Source: Candidatus Undinarchaeales archaeon (GTDB lineage Archaea > SpSt-1190 > JASMDC01). From it: a stretch of DNA of 37,250 bases. Shown here in pieces: positions 9,201 to 18,939 of the stretch. The stretch's first letter is position 1; each line of letters starts with the position of its first letter. Location: the NCBI GenBank assembly GCA_030753015.1, contig JASMDC010000029.1:7002-44251 (forward strand), given 5' to 3'. Both the position numbers and the translations under genes were made by a program. Below the pieces are notes generated by a model, which was given only the letters and a program-made list of their open reading frames with translations, was not told where the DNA came from and searched no databases.

Positions 9201-12200
9201 CTTCAGGGCCGAGATGGCACCCCTTACAACCATGGCCCGCTCATTGTCACTAGGGGCCGGGTTCGGCGGATTCCTGCCTGCATCGGACGCCTCATGGGGA
9301 GAGCTTGTGAGGAGGCCCGCTCGAGGCGGGCTCAAGGGCGCTGACGCGGGCGGCGATGCTTCAAAGTGCCTCAAGCAGGAGGAGCAGAAGAACGCCTGCA
9401 ACAGCAACGGCCAAGAGGACAGCTTCAAGGAGAAGGTCAAGGAGCAGGGGAAGAACTCCGAGGACCTTGGCGTCAAGGGGTGCCAGACCAAGGGCGCCGG
9501 GCCAGTGTGCGATCAGGCGGACGACTGCACGAAGTGCGACGATTGTACCAAATGCGCCAAGGACGGGTACAAGAAATGCAAGCAGAAGGTAAATCCAGTC
9601 GAGGCGCCGAAGGGCGACGTTAAGGAGAAGGGCGCGTGCCCGAAGCACATCTGCTGCGGTCCCGGGTTCAACTGCCAGGACAGGAACAAGGTCACTCGTA
9701 CTAGATGCGGGACGAGGACGAAAAGGAAGGACCGGATCACCTGCCAGCTCGAGACGCATACATGCTCCTTCGTCACCCAGGCCACCCTGATCACCAAGAT
9801 GACGCAGAACTCCCTTCCCTCACCCGGCGGCGTGCAGGAATGCGCACAGAACGTGGCCGACCTCAAGGACGTGTGCACCGTTGAAGGCTCGGAGGCCCTC
9901 GGCGGGAACACTCTCGATCCCTGCGCCGTGAGCATGCAGCTGGGGATGATCATCGGCCAGCTCCAGGACCTGGTGACCCGCATGAGCGCGGCCTCGAACC
10001 AGCTCAAGAGCGTGTCATCCCGGCTCGGCGCTGAGCACTCCAAGGGCTTCTCGGACCGGAAGAACCAGGACATCAAGGGGAACATCGACGAGGTCGGTCG
10101 CGTGCTCGGTGGCGCGCAGGCCGACGTGACGTTCCAGAACCGCCTGGCCAACTTCGTGCGGCTCTTCCAGGACCAGAAGTTCAGGTCCGACATCACCGCG
10201 AACGCCAACTTCGCAGCCCCCAAGTTCACTATCGAACCGAAGGCGGAAGGGAGCCCGGCCGAGGGCATCTGGAAGGGTTACTGCAAGGATTACGAGCTGT
10301 GCGGCGCGTGCCAGGACCAGGACACGCCCGCCGGCTGCCTCGCTCCGACCTCGAGGTCGAGCTTCAATCGCATCAACGACGACTACCGCGGCCGGTGCGA
10401 CGCTCCCGAGTCCAAGGGCGCGGTCACGGAGCGCTCCTTCGACATCTGGCAGAACACCGCTGCCATCGACAACTTCGCCGGTATCAATCCCGAGGACGAC
10501 CTGTTCATCGACACGGCCGACTGCTACGGTTACGACGCGCTGCCCAAGGCCGAGCAGCAGCAGCCGCAGAACGATACGCAGGAGGAAAAGCCTCAGGAGG
10601 ATAAACCGAAGGAAGAGGAGAAGCCTGAGGAGGAGAAGCCTGAGGAAGAGGAGGTCCCCGAGGAGGAGGAACCGCTGGAGGAGGAGCCTCCCGAGGAAGA
10701 GGAGGAGTCGCATCCTGCCTGTACCGCTGCCTGTCGGACCTGTTTCAGTATCGACCGCTCCCACTGCCATGCACATCTGGGGATATGTGTGTGCGAGGCG
10801 GGAGGGAGATGGATGCTCACCTCACAGGCCTGCGAACCGGAGGTCATACCGGACGCCGAGGAGCTCTCCTGCTGTGAGAACCTGTTCGGCGTCGGGGCCG
10901 AGAGCTCGAACGTGGCGTCGGACGAACAGTGCGCTGGTCCGACCATCAAGGGGGTCACTGTGGACCGATGTGCCGATGGTGGCGGCCTGTGCTGCAAGTA
11001 CCGCTTCCAGGAGCTTCCCATCAAGAAGCACTGCGGGGAACTGGAACCCGAAGATATCGATGACTGCGACGACATGTGCCTGGCCATCTTCGACCGGGAT
11101 ACGGCCGACTGGTGCACTGAACGCTGTCCTGCCATCGAGCTGTCCTGCGAGCAAGAATGCCTGCGCCAGGGTACTGACCTCGCATGCCTCGAGGGGTGCG
11201 ATCCTCACTCCGCCCACTGCATGCGCATCTGCCTCGACGCCCACCCCGACAAGGACGAGTCGTGCATACGAGCGTGCAAGGCCGCAGCACCTGAAGGCGA
11301 GGTGACGGCCGAGCTTACCAGGCCTGGTACCAAGGGAGTTGCCGGTCAGGTGTTCGCGGACGGCGACGAGGTGGAGGTCGGTGGTGTTGTGAACAATACT
11401 GGAAAGGTGCCTCTCTTTGGTACCGGCCGCCTGTCCATTGTCACCCTGAGCGACTGCGCGTGCCAGGGCGAGGGCTGTGCCTGTGAGGAGAAGGTCACCC
11501 TCCTCAAGGAGTTCCCGGTCCACCTGGAACCGGGCGAGGGTCTGGATATACCCACGATGACGACCGCGCTCGAGGGCGCTGGCTCATCCGTGCAGACCTT
11601 GGTCGAGGTCGTGGACGACGAGGGCAACGTCCTATTCTCACAACGAAGCCCCATTGCCCATATCGTGGACGCGGGGGCTATCACGGTGCGGGACGCCTAC
11701 TTCGTGGGTCCCGGCGGGAGGACCGAGGAAGCGTACCCTGGCACCGACCTCTCGGGTGCCGTGACCCTCGAGTCCGTCGCCTATCCCGTGATGGTGGAGC
11801 TTTCGCTGATGAAGAGTGGCGCGATCCTCGATGGGTCTTCGGCCACCTATACGCTCACCGGTCCCACTGGTGAGAATCCCCTTACCTCCGGTGCGTTCAC
11901 GCCGACCGACGATGACGTCGGAGCGGTCATCCGCATCCGCGTCACGGTGCGGGACGCGGGTGGTGCGATACTCCTCGAACGCACCCTCGAGGAGCAGGGC
12001 ATGGACGCGGAGGTGTGCGGGAGCGAGATGACCGAGTGGTGTCTCACCCAGTTGGGTAAGGTGCGTCCGAGCTATCCGGCGGCCTATGCCGAGGTACGCA
12101 AGCTTAAGCTCGTGGTCAAGGACGCCGCCTTCATGAACTTCGACGGGCGGCGCATCGACACCGTGTACGGCTCGGCCGACATCGTGGCGGTCGTGTGGCT

Positions 12201-12639
12201 GCGGAACCTGCTCACGGTCCCCTTTTCCGGCAACATCGTGGTGAGGGCGGTGAAGGAGGATGGCACGACCACTGCTTCCCAGGAGGTCTGGGCCACGGAT
12301 GAGCGTATGCTGGACCGGGGTGACGAGTCGACGGTCCAGATGGAGGCCTTCGGCGTGGAGCCGCCGACGGTGTACGGCCTGTGGGTCACGGCCACCGACG
12401 ACACGGGGAGGGTATGGATCGATGAGGTCGTTAACATCGAGACGTTCCCCCACGCCCGTCTGACCGTGGCGTCACGTGATCCCTCGGGGGCCGGATCGTC
12501 CATCGACACGGTCATCGGGATAGGCTCGTGCCAGCTCAGGGTGACCTGTGAGGGCTGCTCGTCGCTGTGCGAGTTGCACGTGAACCCGCAGACATGCGCG
12601 CTCGAACCGTACAATTGTGATTGTGACTGTATATTCTAG
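6292..12639 (+). CDS. Family C giant secreted Cys-rich protein with Kazal-type domain, copy C1 (2115 aa)
   Basis: Signal peptide followed by [11 protein letters not shown]. Asp/Gly-rich beta repeats, a conserved helical core, the Kazal motif [26 protein letters not shown], CxxxC repeats and an Ig-like C-terminal region ending CDCDCIF*. Starts 1 nt after the A2 stop. Confidence 0.9.
   Translation: [2115 protein letters not shown]
8720..8830 (+). repeat. Coding tandem repeat, about 18-bp unit (QQPPGG)n, in the C1 linker
   Basis: Translates as [37 protein letters not shown]. Confidence 0.85.
10555..10710 (+). repeat. Glu/Pro/Lys low-complexity linker (EEKP)n in C1
   Basis: [63 protein letters not shown] is repeated. 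Confidence 0.8.
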
Positions 12640-12665
12640 GGGGTATTTATTTGGTGGGAGCTGTC

Positions 12666-15600
12666 ATGAGGCGGCGGAGGTGGTCAAGCGTAGCAGTGCT
12701 CGGCTACGCCGTGGGCCTCATCCTTCTCCTCGTACCGGCCCTCGGGCTGACGCAGTGCATCAACCGCGATTACGGCCCGCCATGCCAGGGCCTCGAGTGC
12801 TCCCCGGACCGTGCGGGAGAGCCGCCGAACGTCCACCTCGACCTCGACGGGACAACTACCATCTCGGACGGCGTGGTCACTACGACGGTCGGGCCCGACC
12901 GCACGGTGCGCGGGTTCGTTATCGATGGGGGCGACGTCCGCGTGGACGTGGACCACGATGGCGTGGAAACCGTCATACTGGCGACCGAGAGCGGCCATCG
13001 CATCCGTGTCCAGCGTGACGGGACCGTCAATATAGAGGACGGTTCCTACATGCTCACAGACGGCACCGCCATCCGCGTCGCAAACGGGCGTATGTCGCTC
13101 CTCGATCCCCAGACCTTCACCTCGAGGGATATGAGCGTCACAATCGGCAACAAGGGCATGGAGAAAGTCACGGTAGTGACCGATGAGGACAGAATGATCG
13201 ATGTCTCGCCGCATGGCGAGACCACTTTCGAGGACGGCACCTACCGGTTCATGGACGGCACCGAGGTGCTCATGGAAGGCGGATCCCCCCAGCTCCCCGT
13301 CGACATGGTGTTCACGACCGATGACGGTTCGATCACCCTCTCAATCGGGAACAACGGGCTAGGTGATGTACTGCTGTCGACTCCGGAGGGCGGAGAGGTG
13401 CGTATCGGCCCGGCCGGCGAACTCCAGGCCGCTGAGGGCAGCTACACGCTGGACGGTGACCGGCGCTGGACGCTCGGGGGCACCCTCCCAGAGGGCACGC
13501 TCTCCCTCGGTGACAAGGCATCGATGGAGATAGAGTACGACGTGGCCGACCACTTCGCCGGACGTGTTGAGACCCCCGCGGGCTCTCTGTCCTTCCAAGA
13601 TGGGAGGCCCACCGGTCGGCTCCAGCTCAGGCGCGAGAGCAAGGAGTACATCATGGAACTTGAGGAGGGCGACGGCACGCTCGCCTTCTCGAGCGACGAG
13701 GACCAGTTCTTCACGGACTTCGACCGACGCGGGATCATCGGGGGGACCATGGACATGGGCAAAGATACCCACCTTCGCATGGAGCGGGGACCGTTGGGGA
13801 GGACCACCGTGCTCTCTCTGGACATCGGCGACCAGCAGCTCACCTTCGATGCCACGCAGGGACCGAGCGGCGCCCTGGCCGTCAACAAGGACGGTAACTC
13901 GTATGCGCTCGACCTCTCCGACGGTATCGGCAGCGTCCAGCTCGCTGACGGGGCGTTCGACATGTCCTTCGATCCGAGCGGACTGGCCGACGCGTCCATC
14001 CAGATAAAGGACGATGTCACGTTAGACCTGGACCTTGACCGCGGTACCGGTACGTTCGATGCGGGCATCGGCTACAAGGGTGGCGACGTCCGGTTCAGTC
14101 CCGACAAGGGATTCTCCGGGAGCTTCTCCTTCGGAGAGGGGGACGGGAAGGTCGATGTGAACATGGGGAACGGTGGCATCGGCGTCTCTGGCGGAGGCGG
14201 CGGGGGCGGGGGCGGCCAGGGTTTCGACCTCGGGTTCGATCCCACCAAGGGATTCACGGGGGGTATGGGCTTCCCCGGCGGGAACGGGGACCTGCAGTTC
14301 GGTGCCGACGGCCTCACCGGCAATGTCAACACGCCCTTTGGTACGGCTAAGTTCGGCCCCCAGGGCATTGATATGGGGTACGGCGGAGTGTTCAACATGA
14401 ACGTCGCGCCCGACGGCGCCATGACACCCAGCCTGTCGACAGCGGCCGATGGGGCCGGTGAGTCGGCGACGAGCGGTAAGGCGACGAACATCTGCACGCC
14501 CCGCCTGCTCAAGGAGACCACCGTCAGCGGTGGTGGTGGATCCCCGCTCGACCCATCCCTCACGGACTGCGACCTGGCCCAGACAGCGACCAACCTGCGC
14601 GAGCACGCCGATAACCTGATCAACGACTTCACCCGGGCGATCGAGTACTACTCCGCCCTGGTCACCAATCTCGAGACCATGAAGGGCGGGTTCGACCAGT
14701 GGTGTTCTAACTGCATGCAATCGGTCTCTGGGTTCATGGCCAAGGGGTATGTACCCTGCGGCGGTAAGCTCGCCCCACCGCTCACTCCCGCCTCGATCGC
14801 AGCGGATCCCGGCTTCCGACCGACAATCTGTGCCGCGGCGGCGATGGAGAAGTGCCCGCCCGGGGCAGCGCAGACTGCCCAGTGCACAGCATCGTCCATG
14901 CCCAATCCCCTGGCCAAAGCGTGCCCGCTCTGCCTGACGCTCAACTGCGTGTACGGGCATGAGTGCAAGATCGGTTTCCCCAATCCTGCCGCCGCAGGCT
15001 CGTCAGCCCAGGGGGAAGCGGGCGGTCCCGCGGCGGCCCAAGGCGCGGGCGCCAAGGCCGCGTGTGGTGCCCAGGGGGCAGCGGGAGCTGGAGGTCTGGG
15101 CGACGCGCTCGGCGGTGTGGGCGACGCATTGGGCCAGGCCAAGAGCATGATGGACAAGGCCAAGAGCCTCATGCCCAAGGGCGGGCAGCCAGGCGGTGGG
15201 CAACCGGGAGGAGGTCAGCCAGGGGACGATCAACCGGGTGGCGGGCAGCCAGGCGGGGGGCAACCGGGAGGTGGCGAACAGGAGCAGCCACAACAGCAGG
15301 ATACGGCCGATAATCCCAATCCGACGTGCTCCTGCAGTGCCGAGGAGGCACCCATCTGCGGTACCGACGGACGCACCTACTTCAACAGCTGTCTGGCAGG
15401 GTGCTTCGGGATAGAGGTGGCGCACGAGGGTGAGTGCGAGACATGGTGCACAACAGACGCTGACTGCGTCCCTGACCGCTGCTGCACGACCGACACCCGG
15501 TGCACGTGCGTCAACAATCGATGTCGCTCGGGCATGCACGCGAGCCTGGCGCCCCTGAGGACGACCGCTCGGGCTACGCCGATGATAGCAGGATTCAGCG

Positions 15601-18600
15601 GTCTCTACAGCTCCATCGCCGATGAGCGGCGGACGCTCCCGGAACGGCCTGCCACGGCCGAGCTCCAGGGCGCAGGCCAGTGCATCCCCTTCCAGGGCAA
15701 GATGTCCTGCAATAGCGCCGGGGCACCGGACTCGTACGACGTCCCCCCTCCCCCCATCGGCAGCAACATGAACGACCTCGGCGTCACTGGGTGCACAACA
15801 AAGGGTGCTCCGCAGATGTGCACGGTCCCGGACTGCATCAAGTGCCAGACCGACTGCCTGGGCAAATGCAAGGAGCCTGCCGGTTGCCCCACATGCAAGG
15901 CGCTCATCAAGGCGATCGAGGCGCCCAGACGCAATCCGCCCATCCCCGGCGCTTGCACCAACCACAATTGCTGCGGTCCCCCCTTCAACTGTCAGGACAT
16001 GAACAAGCAGGTCGGCTGCCCGCCGTGCAAGTTCTGCGGTGTGCCCCCGATCCCATGCATGTGGCTGGTAGCAGGTTGTGTCCCCGAGACCCACGACTGC
16101 GCGGACGTCACACAGGCCACCCTGGTCACCAAGATGAAGCAGAACTCCATCCCGTCACCGGGAGGCGTTCGGGAGTGCGAGCAGAACGTGGCCGACCTCA
16201 AGGACGTGTGCACTGTCGAGGGTTCCCCTGAACTGGCCTCTGGTATGCTCGATCCCTGCGCTGTAGGTATGCAGCTCGGGGTCGTTATCGGTGAGCTGCA
16301 TGACCTCATCCAGCGAATGAGCCAGACGGTCGCCACTCTCAGCCAGGTCTCCGGACGGCTCGGGTTCGAGCATTCCCAGGGCTTCTCCGACCGCAAGGCG
16401 GCCACCATCGAGTCCAGCATCCAGGAGATCAGCTCCGTGCTGGAGGGCGCGAGTGCCACCGTGGACTTCCAGGTGCGCCTGGCAAACTTCGTACGGCTCG
16501 CCCAGAACCCGGAGTTCAACAAGGACATCATGTCCGATGCCAGCTTCCAGGCACCCAAGTTCGACATCCTGCCCAAGGCGGAGGGCTCGCCCGCACAGGG
16601 TATCTGGAGCGGCTACTGCACAAACTACGACCTCTGCGCTGCGTGCACGGACAAACCGACGCCCGCAGGATGCCTGGGCCGCACGTCCAAGACGAGCTAC
16701 AAACCCAACGACCTCGACTACCGTGGCAGGTGCATGTCCAAACAGAGCACATCGTCCATTACCGAGCGCTCCTTCGACATCTGGCAGAACAAGGGATCCG
16801 TCGACAACCTCGCCTCCATCGACGCCGAGGAGGATCTGTTCATCGACATGATGGACTGCTACAAGTACGACGCCCTGCCCCAGATGGAGCAACCGCAGCC
16901 GCCTGGTGGTCCGCCCGGTGGTGGACAGCCCGAGGAGGAACAGCCAGAGGACGAGATGCCACCCCCGGAGGAGGAGCCCGATGCCGGATGCGTGTCAATC
17001 TGCAAGGGATGCTACGGTGTCGACCGCACCCACTGCCACACCCATCTGGGCGTCTGCGTCTGTGAGGCCGGGAAACGGTGGTTCCTCACGTCCCGGTCGT
17101 GCGAGCCCGGCCGCGGGGTCAGTGATGACGACCTCGCCTGTTGCGAGCGGTTCCTCTCCGTAGGTGCCGAGGTCCCTGAGACGCCCTCCGGCGAGGTTTG
17201 CTCGGGTCCGGTCATCCGCGGCGTGACCGTGGACCGTTGTATCGAGGGTACGGGTCTCTGCTGCAAGTACCGGTTCCAGGAGATCTCTTTGGCCGGTATC
17301 TGCGATGTTCCCGACGATGTGGACGATACCGGTGACACCGGAGTGGACCGCTCGTGCGACGTCACGTGCAAGGCCATCCTCGACCGGGACACGGCCGAGT
17401 GGTGCGCCCGTCGCTGTCCTCAGATAGAGCTGACCTGCGAACAGGAATGCCTGCGCCGGCCCTCGTACACAGAGTGCCTGACCGACTGCTCGCCCGCTGC
17501 TGCGGACTGCATGACATCGTGCATGGACGAACCTGGAAGTAATGAGAAGGACTGCGTGAGCACCTGCACCTTAGAATCGCCGACGGGTGCGGCCGAGGCC
17601 TTCGTGGGGCGCCCCGGCGGTCCGTCCATCGCAGGTCAGGTGTTCGCCTCGGGAGACAGCGTGCAGGTGGGCGGTGTGGTCAACAATACGGGCGACGTCC
17701 CATTGGAGGGCACGGGCCGTCTATCCCTGGTCACCCTGACCGATTGCACCTGTGATGGCTCGGGCTGCACGTGCAGTGAGGAGGTCAAGCTCCTCAAGGA
17801 GTTCCCAGTACGGCTGGGACCGGGAGAGGACCTCGAGATAGCCTCAGTGTCCACGGTCCTCGAGCAGGCCGACACATCGGTCCAGGTCCTCGTCGAGGTC
17901 GTGGACGAGGACGGGAAGGTCCTACTGTCCCGCCGCAGCACCATCTCGCACGTTGTGTCCCCCGGTGCGATCGCCGTGCGGGACGCCTACTTCGTCGACC
18001 AGGGAGGGAGGACCGACAAGACCTACCCGGGCACCTCCATCGCAGGCGCTGTGACCATCGAGTCCATCGTCCATCCCATCACGGTAGTGGTCTCTTTGGT
18101 GAAGGGCGAGCTCCCGGTGATCGGAACATCGACGGCCTACACGCTCACCGGACCGACCGGGGACAAACCGCTCCTCTCGGGCACCTACACGGCCCTCGAT
18201 GGGGATGTCGGCAAGCTCCTCCGAATTCACGTGGTCGTCCGCGATTCGGGCGGCGAGGTCCTCCTAGACCGGATCCTCGATGAGCAAGGTGTGGACACGA
18301 AGATGTGTGGGAGCGAGATGACCGGGTGGTGCCTCATCCAGCTGGGGAAGGTGAGACCGAGCTACTCATCTGCCTTCGCGGAGGTGCGCAGGTTGCAGCT
18401 CGAAGTGCGGGACGCCGCCTTCATGAACTTCGGCGGACGCCGCATAGATACCATGTACGGTTCGGCCGATATCGTCGCCATCGTATGGCTGCGGAACCCT
18501 CTCACCGTTCAGTTCTCGGGACAGGTCGTCGTACGGGTGGTGAAGGAGGATGGTACCACCACTGCCAAAAAGGAGGTCTGGATGACCGATGGACGAGTCC

Positions 18601-18929
18601 TTGACCGCGGCGACGAGGAGACCGTCCAAGTGGAGGCATTCAGCATCGAGCCGCCCACCGTCTACAGCCTGTGGGTGACCGCTCGGGACAACGATGGCAG
18701 GACGTGGCTCGACGACGTCGTGAACGTAGGGGCATTCCCCCACGCGCGGCTCGCTGCTGCGACACGGGATCCCTCGGCACCCGGGACGTCCATCGACACG
18801 GTGATCGGGATAGGCTCGTGCCAGCTGAGGGTGTCCTGTGAGGGCTGCTCGCCACTATGCGAGCTGCATGTGAACCCGCGGACGTGCGTTCTCAAGCCTT
18901 ATAACTGCGATTGTGACTGTATCTACTAG
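12666..18929 (+). CDS. Family C giant secreted Cys-rich protein with Kazal-type domain, copy C2 (about 2087 aa)
   Basis: I prefer the ATG at 12666, after GGTGGGAG, to the ORF-track TTG at 12651. Signal peptide [27 protein letters not shown], then [13 protein letters not shown]. Collinear with C1; ends CDCDCIY*. Confidence 0.9.
   Translation: [2087 protein letters not shown]
15180..15276 (+). repeat. Coding tandem repeat, 15-bp unit (GGQPG)n with a 60-bp higher-order duplication, in the C2 linker
   Basis: gcgggcagccaggcgg(t/g)gggcaaccgggagg occurs at both 15181 and 15241. Confidence 0.85.
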
Positions 18930-18939
18930 GGGATATCGG

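Noticed and set aside
12620-12639. C-terminal CDCIF/CDCIY/CECVY as a CaaX prenylation signal
   Set aside because: The last Cys is third from the end, not fourth, and the proteins are secreted.
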